Shown piece by piece: positions 25,244 to 38,497 of a stretch of DNA of 64,000 nucleotides. The position numbers and the translations under genes were made by a program. The first letter of the stretch is position 1, and every line of letters starts with the position of its first letter. The notes below the pieces were generated by a model. It was not told the origin of the DNA and did not search any database. It was given only the letters and a program-made list of their open reading frames with translations. The stretch spans positions 19,778,001 to 19,842,000 of the forward strand of contig OX597829.1 in NCBI GenBank assembly GCA_951406725.2, in the 5' to 3' direction. This DNA comes from Octopus vulgaris. Lineage: Eukaryota.

Positions 25244-28077
25244 TGTAAGAGAAGGCAAAGGTTAAGAGTAGTAATAGAAACAAAAACAAGTTTTTATTTC
25301 TCTAACTACAAGTTATTTTGACAAAAAAATACAGGACAGCAGAAAAGGTCAGATTAAGAAGTGACATAGTCGGGTTGTTTAGTGGTGAGGTGGTGTGGTT
25401 TAAGAAGGTGAAACTAGAGGTGGTGCTTCAACATTTTTCTGATCTCACTAGTTTTATACTGTTTTATTTATAATGGGATGCATTATTTTAGAAGCGGGTG
25501 ACAGAGATCAATTGAGTGGTGAAAACAATTGAAGCAAGATTAAAGGAGACATTTACAGGATCATTTACAGCCTACAGAAAGCAAGTAAGGTGAGGTGGAC
25601 TTATGAGCTGATAAATGTCTGTTAATGAAATCAAGAGGGTGAAAGATGGACCAAACAATATTTGTGAGAGGGAGAACAGTGGGTAGCTATGATAGTACAT
25701 TGAATAGAGGAGTAAATACTGAATTTGTAAAAGAAGTAGAAAGATGGATAAGAATTGGACATTACTGTATGATGGAGAGAAAAAGTGAAAACAGCCTTGC
25801 TACCTTTGAGGAAGGAAGCTCAGCCAATGAAAAACTATCAGATCAGGGTTGGCCTTTAAGAAGTTAAATCATCTATAATATGTCATACAAATGGTAATAC
25901 AACAGACATTTGGGGAAGACATGTGAGCATGGAGACAGATGACAAAAGCAGCTATGATTGTTGACCTAAAGTTAGCTTATCTACAGCTCCATGTGGCCAA
26001 AAAACTGTGGAAGTGCCAACTGGTAAACTACAAAAATAGAACACATCATCTGATTAGAGTGGAGTTTGGGCTGAGCTTTGCACCAAAGATAAGGGCAGTC
26101 ATCCTCAAGATAAATGAAAGAGAAAGGTGAAAAGGATAAGAAAAAATACAAGTTCCTACACTGAAGGCATTCTGATAAACGAAATAGATGACTGTGGAAG
26201 AGGTAAAAAAACTATGGAATGACTGCAAGGCCATTCAAATCATTAAAAAAGTAGAAATGAGGCTTAGGACAAGAACAAAATGGAACTGCAGGTGAGTAAT
26301 GAGTTAAGTAAGCAGGAGTTGTTTTCTGTATGCAGGAGATTAGTTGAACATTATCCTATTACTCGTTGGCTTCGTGTCATATGAAGCTGTATCAAGAGAA
26401 TGGTCAAAATGGAGCCGGTTAAGCCAACTAGGTACATAAGAGAATAGTCAAAATGGAGCCGGTTGAGCCAACTAGGTAAATAAGAGAATGGTCAACATAG
26501 TGACAATAGGGCAGAAGTACTCACAGGGGTGAAGAAGTCCTGGCTAAAGATGCCAGTGGATTCCAAGAATGAGGTCACAGCCATGTGCTGTGTAGGGGAA
26601 ATTATCTGGTGGAATTGCATGGTATTCATCAAATGAGAATAGATAGAGTCCCTATTCCTGGTCAGGAAGATGAACCCTATTCCATTAAGAAGGCCATTAA
26701 TAAAATGATTAGAGTACAACAGGTGTTAATCATTGTTACACCAAATGTGAAGAGAGAAATTCAGGTCAGAAATAACAGAAAAAGGCATGGCTGTGTGGTA
26801 AGAAGCTTGCTTCCCAATCACATGGTCCCAGATTCAGTCCCAATGCGTGGCACCTTGGGCAAGTGTCTTCTGCTATAGCCCAGGACCTTTCAAAGCACTG
26901 TGAGTGGATTTGGTAGACTGAAACTGAAAGAAGCCCATCATAACTTAGTAGTTTGGCAAAAGACACCAACCGAATAATTACAAGGCTTTAAAAAAAAAAG
27001 TCTGTGGTCAACTTGTTCAATTAAAACCCTTCAAGGCGGCACTCCAGCATGGCTGCAGTCAAATGACAAACAAGTAAAAGAAAAAATTGATATGTATTAT
27101 TGAAAAGGTCTGTACTTAACAGTGGTTGATTGCAACATAGACAGATAACTAACTATATGGAGGTGAATCAGATCAGTGAAACAGGGACCTGAATCACAGC
27201 AGTGTTGAATGAAGTGTTTTTGTAGAGAAAGGTGCATCAGACAAAGTGTTGGTGGTCAAAAGAACTCTATTTAGATCAGAAGTACAGAAGGAAATACAGA
27301 ATAAGAAGCATGTCAAAAGTTATTTCAGACCTGTTTATGGGCCAAGCAGAAATAGTCTTGTGGAAAGGCACTACAGATCAATTAAAACCATCGTTGAAAG
27401 GTGGGGTACATCTTGCTGCTCAATGTGGTCTCTGGTATATGTGGCTCAGGTGTGGAGAACAGAAATCTGCAGCAGAAGGGCATCCAGCTGTAGAAACCAT
27501 GCCAAATCAGACTGGACCCTGGTGCAGCTTCCCAGCTTGCTGCTCTGGCCAAACCATTCAATCCATGCCAGCATAGACAGTGGACATTAAGTAATGATGA
27601 TGATGATGAAAAGGCATTCACATATAAAGCAGGCATTCACAAGCTGTACCAGCATCCTATGAAGAAGAGTGGGTGCCCGCATATGTCCAAATTGGGGAAA
27701 GGTACAGTTAAGTCACTTAGTGATTTGTTGTACAATGCAATGGGCAAAGGGAATTAATGTGGAGACCTCAATGTGCAGATAGAGAGAGTTCCTCAACACA
27801 ACCTAGACATATACATAGTTTGTTGGATAACAATGCAAAAAATGAAAGACAAAGGGGGATGGATCAACTGAAATCCTGTAATAACCACAAAAGAGGTTTC
27901 ACCTTGTTAGTCATGCCATGAAAACAAACTGTAAAGAAGAATGAGTTCTGTTAGCACTGTTGTTAAGTAAAAACAATATTTTATTTAAGATCAGGTGGGA
28001 GTGGGTGTAAGGTAAATCAGACACGAAGGAGGATAGAATGGCTGAAAAAGCAAACATTTTTATCTCTTCTTACTACA
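25244..28077 (+). mobile_element. Degraded LTR retrotransposon (RT before integrase, Ty3/Gypsy-like order)
   Basis: RT motifs VDLKLAYLQ and FGLSFAP (25939-26130). Integrase-like SRNSLVERHYRSIK (about 27340-27390). Purine tract ggtgggagtggg precedes TGTAAG...ACTACA at 28006-28077, with a similar TGTAAG...ACTACA at 25244-25310. Confidence 0.55.
26394..26495 (+). repeat. Short tandem duplication, about 44-bp unit
   Basis: aagagaatggtcaaaatggagccggttaagccaactaggtacat repeated about 2.3 times. Confidence 0.85.
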
Positions 28078-30811
28078 GTTGATAGGACATGTGTGAAAGG
28101 GTACCCTGTTATTTGCAAGATTTGTTATAAGTTTTAAGTGTCTGTGGATTTTCACAGGAGTAAAGGACCAGGACCATCAATTGCATGAGGATTTTTGCAA
28201 CAGAAGAGGACCAAGTATGCAAGGTTTTAACTTCTCTTGGGCATTACACAACAAAGGCATTTGTCGTTCCATGTTGAGTCTCTTAGGAACTGAAATAAAA
28301 TGAACCAAGTTCTCATCATGCTCCTCAAGAGTTTTGCCAACAACCTTAACATTGATGAACTAGGCATCAGCACTTTTGCTATTATTGTCAGAAATTATAC
28401 TATTTATCACTCTTTACCATGAGACATTTGGGCTGAAAGTAACAATAATGATAAACTCTTCATCAAAAAAGAAGCTTGAATTACCTTAGAAATATTTAAA
28501 AGATTTTCCAAGATATTACAACAGCCATAAACAATGCATGCATCAGATCTTGAAATAACCCTTAACACCAGCATCTTGCACAGATTCTAACAAGCTTGCC
28601 TTACTAGGTCAACAAAATCAAACAGATTCAAAATGCGATAAATACATCATACACTGTAATCTCATATGAACATCAGTCTCTCCTCTTCGTGGGAGACCTA
28701 CCAACGAAGTTCATGGTACATTACAATGCTGAAATACTGATCCTTTGCAATAACAGTAAGAATTTCGGAAAACCTTTGATCAAGATGCCCTACTTCTTTC
28801 GTAACCCATCCAAATTGAGAAATACTTAAATGGTGTCACTATACAGTAACATGTGACAGAAAGAAGGAAAAACATTGCAAAACAGTTGAGTTTCAAACAT
28901 AAAATGTATAAGCAAAATTTGTATCCTATAGCAAAAAGAAAACTCTATGATATTTAGAAAAGAGATCACAAACTCCCTCATATGCTTAAATACTGTCATT
29001 TTATGATATTTATAACTCCAGTGGGTCACTATCCTTAAAAAGCTTCACCTCAGGTATACATTACTTCAAAATATGAAATTGCTTAAAAGATTTCAAAGCT
29101 AAATGTCATGATGAGGTGTTGCTTGATTAGATCATTCTACAAGAGCCATTCATTTTAGTTGTTTAGTAGCTTGACATTTGTGACAGACATGGGATAATGC
29201 TGAATTCTGAGAAATTTATGAAGTGAAGACATGGAATTTACAATAAATAGTTATCAGCCATTATGAAACACAACATTAACTTATCTTAAGACGTATTTGC
29301 TCATAACAGATACATGCTTATGGTTTAGCCTCATTGATCATATATTCTGTACATTCAGTATGACTCATAGAATGTCACTATTCTGCTAATTGCTAAAACC
29401 AGGAACATTTAAATGGCACAGCATTTACAGTACTTTGTTCAAATAAACAAAAACTGCTATTGTGAATATTACTGAAGATGGCCTGAGAATCAATGGCAGC
29501 AACCCAAAAAAAAAAAAAAAAAAAATCAGCTTGCTTGGCCACTAATTGGTCAAAAAGTTAAAGTAAAAAAGGTATTGGATTCTAGCTACTTCAAAAGAAT
29601 TGAAACTGTTTCGTATCAAAAGGATTAAAGAAAATCATTAAGATATTAATTCTGGATAATCTTTATCCCATCCGTTATGAATCATGCCATTAGATGCTGG
29701 GTAGAAACGGAAAAAAAACTAAACTAATATTGACTAATAATTTGGTAAATATTGTTTCCCACTTTGTTGTCCACCTTTATTAATACTAACAAGAATAAGA
29801 TTACAAGCAATCCTGGCTGACACTGAAAGATGCATCATGGCCACTGCAGTGTTTTCCTCAACTACATTTGACATATCTGTAGAATAAAGTTGCAGTCATC
29901 ATGTACCATACGCTTTTGTAGCATATTGATGACAACAACAACAGAAGTTGACCTCATATTGAGAGGGAGAGAAGAGAGAGAGGGTGCAGGATGTCTTAAT
30001 ACATTTGTTACTTTTAGCATTCAGGTTAGATTTAAGAAATGAAGCATATATCATCAACTTATCAGAAGCCTTTCATCACAGCAACTATCAAAGTGAAACA
30101 AATGTCGACATACTTGATCACAAATAACACAATATGGAACAGACATAACAAAATTGATTTATTTCAACTTCAGTATTGAAGTACACTGGAGGAATAGTGA
30201 AGCTCTGCATAGGAGAAGTGGTGAAACCCTTACCAACAATGTATACTTTTGGCAGACCAACACAATATTTCATTCTAATATCATCAGGTAAATAACATTT
30301 GCATAAAACTTGGCAAGAAACTCTAAATGCCTGTGAGGAGGCTCTCAATAACTAACATATAAAGGTGCAGAGCATACTAAAAAAAAAGCTTCAACAACAT
30401 GATACAAATAATAATCTATGACTTCAAAACCTTATCCTCTGAACTGAGAGGATAAGGTTTTATCCCCTTATCCTCTGAACTGAGACAAAACAGATCAGAA
30501 AATCCAAGTACCGTCATACAATTAATGAGCAACTGAAGTAAATGGTTCAGATAGAATTACTATCATTATCATCATTTAACGTCTGTTGTCCATGCTAGCA
30601 TGGGTTGGATGGTTTGACTAGGCTGGCATGCTGGAAGGCATCAAGTCTGATTTGGCATGGTTTTCTACGGCTGGATGCCTTTCCTAATGCCAACCACTCC
30701 AAGAGTGTAATGACACAGGTGCCATTTGCATGACACTGGTATCTGCCACAACTGTGATTTTGCTTGGCTTGATGGGTCTTCTCAAGCATGACATGATGCC
30801 AAAGGCCTTGA

Positions 30812-30987
30812 CCATTGCCTCCGTGAGGCCCAACACTCAGAAGGAACTCAGCCACTTTACCTCTGTGAGGCCTGCTCGAAAGGAACCAGCCACCTTACCT
30901 CCATGAAGCCCAATGCTCGAAAGGACCTCAGCCACTTTGCCTCCATCAGGCACAATACTCAACAGGAACTCAGCCACTATGCCTCCA
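30812..30987. repeat. About 39-bp tandem repeat in a family-C element
   Basis: gcctcc.tgaggcccaa..ctc.aaaggaactcagccactt repeated 4-5 times with divergence. Confidence 0.8.
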
Positions 30988-31943
30988 CATAACAGAAAAT
31001 TTCTGGAGAAATACATACCCATGTAAATGACAATATAGCTTTCATTACTTATAGCATTTCTGACAAGCATTAAACAAAGCATCCAAGTCAAAATTCTAAT
31101 CATTCCTCTCAATCAACAACAATGTCCCACTAGTAAATTTGTGTTATGGTAGATACTTAATTACCAAACTAAGCTAACATTAATACAACCAGAGACATCA
31201 AATCAAAGCAACAAGCCAATAACATAAAAACTAAAAGCTTCAGAACAGGAGTGTTATTAAAAAGTCCTTTGTATAAGCTTTTGAGAAGGAGTAATGGTGG
31301 TTTAGGAAGAATTGAGAAAGATCTTAAAAGAAGCTATTGTAATTTAAATAAGAAAAAGTGTTCCAACAGAGAATTAAAGGTTGTTGCAACTAACCAAATC
31401 CATATTAAATTCTGTAAAATCCTCAAAGTGTCTGAAATCTCAGTTTTTATTTCAATCACGAAACCACTCTTTTAAAAGATTATAAATAAATTCTTTGAAA
31501 TTCCAAATAGCATTTATAATTCACCTTATCATCACCTCAACAATATTAAATAAATTCATTAGTTGTGCTATTGAAAAATATACTTTTCAAAATCTCAAGA
31601 TGAACTCCTTCCTGTTGCTTTGTGCAAACACGTACATAATTAGACACAAGTGTGTCAGTACAAACATACTGATTTTATGCACGTAAACAAAAATCAGGAA
31701 TTTTGGCACAAACAAAAACTGCATGCATTTTCTATCAGTACCAAGTAAAGCAGGTGAATCATCTTCAGCAGTTGGTTCACCAGTTTTCTAGAACAGTTCA
31801 AACTAGTTTCGTTACAGATGCTAACAAACATGAACCAATATACTTACTTACTTAAAAGTTAAATTTTACTACACTGTTTTTTTTCTTTGTAGTACAGAAC
31901 TAACAAGCAAAATTCTAACTTTACCAAAACAGTTTTTGTAAGA

Positions 31944-32586
31944 TTAACCCTTTAGCATTCACATTACTCTGTCAAATGTAATAATTATTTATTCATGTTG
32001 TTTTAAATTAATTGTGCATTATCTAGTAGTTTTGAAATTTCAATGATGTGATCGTTTATTTTTAGAATGACATTGAAAGGTAAGTGCAAGAAGCTAGATC
32101 TGGCCAGTTTGAACATAACATGGGTAGAATATTTTAGCCAGATATGGCCAGTTTAAATGCTAAAGTGTTAACCATTTAACAATCAGTTTATTCAGTCAAG
32201 CATAATGCTTCTTTATTCAAATTGGTCAGAATTAATAATGCATTATCTCACTGCTTCTAGATTTCAATCATGTGATATATTTTTAGAATATTACATGGTA
32301 GATGTGAGAGGCCAAGTTTCAGTCAGTTTGAATGTAAAACATGTAGAATATTTGGGTCTGATATGGCTGATTTAACATTTTAGCATTTAAACCAGCCATA
32401 TCCAGCCCACATATTCTACATGTTTTATGCTCAAACTAACCAGATCTGGCCTCTCACATCTGCTCTAGAATGTCATATTAAAAATATACAACACATCATC
32501 AAAATCTCAAAGTTATGTGATAATACATGATTATTTCAAAACAATATGAATAAATAAGCATTACAATTGATAGAGCAAAGGGTTAA
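31944..32586. mobile_element. Three abutting family-D MITEs joined at TTAA sites
   Basis: Copies at 31944-32171 (+), 32168-32375 (+, truncated) and 32372-32586 (-). Junctions are shared TTAA tetranucleotides. Confidence 0.8.
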
Positions 32587-33054
32587 TTTACAAACATTGC
32601 TTTAAGTTATTATATATCAAATACTTTATTCTGTGAATTCTCTGCTAAAACAGAAAAAAAATATCACAGGAATAGGTATGGCTGTGCGATTAAGAAGTTC
32701 ATTTTGCCACCATATGATGTCTGATACCAAAGTACTTTGAGCATCTTTAATCCCAGGTTGTCCAATGCCTTGTGAGTGGAATTTGAGAGACACAGAAAAA
32801 CTATGTGGAAGCTTGTCACATTATATGCAAACACTCATAAGATATATAAACTCTGCATTTTGCATTAATGGAAGTATGTAAGTTATTTATTATTAAATAT
32901 AATATAAATTATTTATATGTTTTTTTTTTTTTTTTTTAGGTTTCAAAGCAATTTGTCATGATATTAGAATTATCATCATTGTTGTTTCATGTCTGTTTTC
33001 CATGCTGGCATAGGTTAAAATTTTATCAGACTATTTCTCTGTCATTTATTGACT

Positions 33055-33089
<35 letters not shown>

Positions 33090-33959
33090 GTGTATGTATG
33101 TGTGTGATCATCATCATTTAACATCCATTGTCTATGCTGACATGGGTTGGATGGTTTGAGTGGGCTGGCAAGCTGGAAGGCTGCACCAGACTCCAGTCTG
33201 ATTTAGCATGGTTTCGACGGCTGGATGCCAACCACTCTGAGAGTGAAAATGGGTGCTTTTACATGACACCAGTATCTGCCACAACTGTGATTTTACTTGG
33301 CTTGTGAGTGTTAAGACAGTGTGGAGGGTTGAGCAGTAGATGTAGTCCTACCCTACATTTAACATGAGTTGGTAAAGTGGTGTATGAAGGAGGTTTATGA
33401 AGATATATAAAGTGGTGTATGAAGGGAAGATATGAAGGAGGTTGGTAAAGAGAGAGAGTGAAGAAAACAGAGATGAGGGAGGATAAGGAGGAGATGCAGT
33501 GCTACCCAACATTATTTATGGGTATGTAGAGTGGTGCAGAAGACAGCTAGATGTTGATTGAGAGACTGGGAGTGAATGCTCAATGTGACATCTTCAAGAC
33601 AGCATGGATGATAAGAGTCAGGGAGGGTAGGTAAAGGTTGCTAAAGTTCAATTTCTTCTGACTCTAGCATCATGATTTGGATAGAATGTGGGCTAGCAGG
33701 ATAAAGGTTGTGGAGGTATCTTATACCTCAGTATGAACAAATCAAGTACTTTACTTCCTGTTATAGGCATCATGGCATGGTGAGTAGAGAAGAAAGTACA
33801 GAAGTTAGGAGAAAAAAATGGTTATTTAGTGTGAGGGTGCAAAATGGACAAAAAGTGGGTAGGGGTACACTCACAAGAAATCACAATGCACTAAGCTTGT
33901 GCAGATGTCTCCTGCACTTCTGCAGTACTACATACATATTGCTAATTGACATTCTTCAG

Positions 33960-34610
33960 CCATCTCCTTTGTCAGATGTAACATCATGAGATCAATTTTA
34001 CCCACTTTATCCCAAGTCTTCCTAGGTCTCCCTCCCTGACAGGTCCCATTTACATTGAACACTCAGCCCTTGCTTATGCAGCTATCATTTTCCATTTGCT
34101 CTTCATGCTCACACCAGCACAGCATCCCCTGTTGTGCACTTCATCTAATTTCTATTAAACCCACTTTATATAAATTTTCATTTATACTTTGTCATTCATG
34201 CACACTAACATGACACATCCAGTAAAGCATGTTCACCTCATTTCTTTCAAACCTTCACAGGTTTCCCACTCTCAAGGCCAACATCTTCCTGTCACATAGC
34301 AGCACACTTCCCAAACAAGCTTCATATATTCAATCAGCTCTTGATCTTGAGTGGGTAAGGCTCTTTGTTACCAACAAAGGAAATAATACTTCTTTGAACT
34401 TTATCCAACTGTTCTTATTCTAGCTACTACAGTTTCAGAACATCCATTTCCATTGCTAATTTGATCACCTCCATAACAAAAGCTATCAACAACTTCTAAG
34501 GAGTCACTTGGAGGATTTGATACAATCTATTTCCTGATCACTCTTACAGCACCTGATGTATCAGGAATCAACTTTCTTTGTTAATCTACCTTTAATCCTT
34601 CTATACCTTG
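33960..34610 (-). pseudogene. Degraded RTE LINE 3' relic
   Basis: Minus strand translates to LEVVDSFCY.GDQISNGNGCSETVVARIRT followed by IKFKEV and LLVTK-like segments, typical of the RTE RT C-terminal region. Confidence 0.65.
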
Positions 34611-37221
34611 CATATATGTGTGTATATATCTATCTGTCTGTCTGTATATTATATATCCTTTTATACTATAGGCACAAAGCCTGAAATTTTGGGAGAGGCT
34701 TCCAGTTGATTAAATTGACCCCAGTATGCAACTGGTACTTAATTTATTGATCCTGAAAGGATGAAAGGCAAAGTCGGCCTTTTTGGAATTTGAACTCAGA
34801 ACATAAAGACAGGTGAAATACTGCTAAGCATTTCACCCTGCATGCTAACATTTCTGCCAGCTTTCCATGCTGGTATGGATTGGACGATTTGACAGAGGTT
34901 GGTTAGGCAGAAGACTGCAGCAGGCTTCACTGTCTGTTACAGACATATCTTTTATCTTTTACTTGCTTCAATCATTAGACTGCGACCTTGCTGGGACACC
35001 ACCTTGGAGAATTTAGTTGAGTGAATCAACGCCAATACTTATTCTATCGATCTCTTTTATCAAACTGCTAAGTTACAGGGACGTGAACAAACCAACACCA
35101 GTTGTCAAAAGGTAGTGGAAGACAGACAAACAAAAACAAAAAGACCCTCACAAATAAATGTGTTTCTTTCAGTTTCTCTCTACTTGATTTCTATTACTTG
35201 ATTGTTTACTTTTTAAAACAACATTGTAGGATAGATGTGAGAGGCCAGATCTGGCCAACTTGAACATAAGACAGTGAGAATATTTTGCCCAGATATAGTT
35301 GGTTTAAATGCTAAAAGGTTAAACCAGTTAAAACTCTGCATTGTGTTTAAATCATATCTTATGTCCTGCAATGTAGCAGTTTGATGTACTGTTAGGTTTG
35401 ATTTGATCAACTTGGTGTCCCAGCATGGTTGCAGTCTATAGGAATAATACTATTCTATTATTTCCTTAGGAATATCATCAATGCAAGTTCAAACCTCAAG
35501 AGAAAACTCCCATTATAACCCATACTTCTCCATGCAAGTTGTCTTGTTTCTTTTGAATGCAGTGTAGACCGTTTGTCACTGAGTTCAACAGTTCAATATA
35601 CAAGAACATTATTCTATTATTGGATAGACTGTAGTTCATAAGTAGAATTTTTAGAACATTGACTACTTTCCAATTCATTTCAGCCAGACAATTTTCTTTT
35701 TTACGGAATGATTTTTCAACTGACACTAATTCATGTACTCAACCATCCTATTTATATTCTGATCCCTGTCCCTTTTGAGTATGCTCGGCACTTTGCCATG
35801 ATCTATATCCTGCTGTCTCCCACTCTCTCTCTTTCACTTCCCTCAGGTTGGGTAACCATGTATCTCCTTTGTGGTAGCCCACCTGTTTCTGTCCTCATTC
35901 CTGATCTCTCTCTCGCTTGCTCTGGCCAGGTAACATTGTACCTCCTCTACAGCAAGACACCTGTTTCTATCTCTCTGTCTCACTATAAACTTTCATCATC
36001 TGACACAATATCACCTCATCCAATGTCCCTTCCCTTCTCAAAATATTTTTGTCTTGCAAGTTACTTGGTGACTGTCAGTGCAGGTGCCACTTAAAAACCA
36101 TCCAATCCACACTGGAAGGGCACCCAGCTGTAAAAACTTAGCCCAAACTGACTTCACTTGTGCTTATGCTATGTAAAAAGCACTAAGTCCACTCTGCTGG
36201 GTGGGAGGTGTTAGGAAGGGCATCAAGCTGTAAAAATCCAGCCAAAACAGTCACAGAAATCTGGTGCAGGCTTTTACCTGACTGGCAAAGTGTCCCATCC
36301 ATGCCAGCATGGAAGGCAGATGTTAAATGATAATGATGACTAATTCATGTACTGTGTTTTAATTTCATTTCAATTAATTTCACAACAGTTGCTGAGTCAA
36401 GGTTAAGTAATTAATGAAATGTCATTTGGTGGTTGTGACAGTGAATCTGCTATACAGACATTCAAAACCATGTCCTGAGAAAGGCCACTTAATTGAATGA
36501 TACAAAATCATTCACTTATACAATCCAACCTCTGGCCCGTAGGCATGTTATTTCCTCTCTCTTTCTACTGCTACTACTGCGATCTCTATTAGTTTCCCTA
36601 TAGAGTAATTAGTCATTAGATCAGCTGAATTACCTGCTCATTTTATTAGCATGTTAAGTGAAGCCGAACATTCAACATATACCATTAATGTAATCCTCAG
36701 ACAGAATCATCATGACATGCCGATCCTTTCAATTATAGGTTCAATCCGTCCAACTGCCTTCCACAGAGTTTCGCCAGTTTCATTTCACAAGGCTTAAATT
36801 GACCCAAGGCAATGACAACAGACATTTACCAAGAAGTGATACATTGGAATCAAAATCTAGAACTTTGTAATAGCAAAGAAAACTTCTTAACTATTTAGCC
36901 CCAAACATATTCATTGTCATTTTCTTAACATAAAACATCTTAAACCTGTATAGTACATCACAACTAATAGTTTGTATTATTATCAACCCCAGAATTTGAT
37001 TGGCTTGAGAGAATAAATGAAAAGCAAAGTTGTTTTTTCTCCTCCCAGGAAATAATAGGAGTTAATGCCAGTCAAAAGCTGAAGTTGAACATACCAATTT
37101 CACTTTTCCCAAAAAGTGTGGATTTGTGCTAATGTTAAACATCATCTTTATTGTAATTTCAATTATTATTATGGTTCAGTAACCGCCCATATCTTGTTTC
37201 TAATATGAAATAGAAATGATA

Positions 37222-37259
<38 letters not shown>

Positions 37260-37581
37260 GAGCAAAACAAGCCAGGGTGCTAATGGATTTATAACATGGG
37301 GGATTTGGATGAAGAAGGTTAAGGCCCTAAGGACAACACCCGAAACAATGGTATATGAGCATCTAAACGGCATAATCTTTGTAGATATGCTTTTTAATTT
37401 TTTGTACGTTTCCTCGCATACTGTTATTTTCTATTATTTTGGTGCCTTCCGGCAGTTGAACTGGGACTTCAGCTCTCATTTCTAAATTCTGATGCTCACT
37501 GCATCCTTAAGGTTTCGTGCTAATTTTATATATGTATATATATTTTCTATAATTTCTATTTCATATTAGAACCGCTATTTA

Positions 37582-37619
<38 letters not shown>

Positions 37620-37620
<1 letters not shown>

Positions 37621-37777
37621 TTTATTTTAAGCAGCAGAAAATTCAACAAAATCTGTTACTCTGAGTTTCTTGTTGCCGTTCATCAGACAGTTTTTGCTAG
37701 CAAAAACTGTCTGATGAACGGCAACGAGAAACTCAGAGTAACAGATTTTGTTGAATTTTCTGCTGCTTAAAATAAAG
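37620..37777. repeat. 158-bp spacer-less palindrome, one mismatch
   Basis: Centre gctagc at 37696-37701. Arms ctttattttaagcagcagaaaattcaac... and ...gttgaattttctgctgcttaaaataaag. Confidence 0.97.
37707..37744 (+). ncRNA. Minimal type-I hammerhead ribozyme-like motif (second copy on minus strand)
   Basis: ctgt-CTGATGA-a-cg-gcaa-cg-a-GAAA-ctc-a-gag-TA-acag. Helix I is ctgt/acag, helix III is near-palindromic, and the cleavage triplet is GUA. The helix II base pair is non-canonical (A.A). Confidence 0.55.
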
Positions 37778-37994
37778 CATATTACTCTACCACTGGTATT
37801 TGAGTACTCTTTTTTCCACCTTGTTTCACATTTATGTGTTTACTCCGGTATATATATATATATATATATATATGGCAGTTAGCAGTCCATGAGTCAGAAG
37901 AAAAAAACACACACTAATAGAGAACATACTACTCAACAATATAAGAGTGTGTGTGTATGTAAAGCTCAAAAAGTACAGTAAAAAAGATACAAAC

Positions 37995-38071
37995 CTTCCA
38001 GTATGAAGACTCGGGCTGTCAACATTGGCAGGATCCTGGAGCAAACCGTCGTTTTCATCTGGTCCACTATA
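37995..38071 (-). CDS. LAMTOR1: LAMTOR1 exon 2
   Basis: tttacttgcAG acceptor and GTTTGT donor, 77 nt. Encodes YSGPDENDGLLQDPANVDSPSLHTG, keeping the acidic dileucine/LLxDP motif. Splice phases fit exons 1 and 3. Confidence 0.88.
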
Positions 38072-38466
38072 CTGCAAGTAAATGAAGAGAATAAAGTGGA
38101 TTAACGCGAGCATATACTCTAAGCATTTATAATTAATTTACATAAAGCGGAATGTATTAATTGTTAATTGGTTAAAAAGTAGCAAAGAATAAAAACCCAT
38201 CTGTCAATGTTTATATTTTTGGGGGAAAAAGTGGGCGTGCATGCTTATGACAATAAATTAAGTGTCATCGATATTGAAACGAAGTTAAATCGGTTTCTTA
38301 ATCACATTTAACTAACAATTCCTATATTTGCATACGTGTTTCTTCACTTATCTTTAAACACCGGATCTTTTATTTTGCATACTTATCAAATATTTAAATT
38401 CTCCATAATGCATGTTAAACCGAACGTAACTTGTTCACCGGAACTCAACACGAGTAATGTTTCTCA

Positions 38467-38497
<31 letters not shown>

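Noticed and set aside
28200-30450. Possible further retroelement relic
   Set aside because: Only faint RT-like traces near 29100-29220; too degraded to call by eye.
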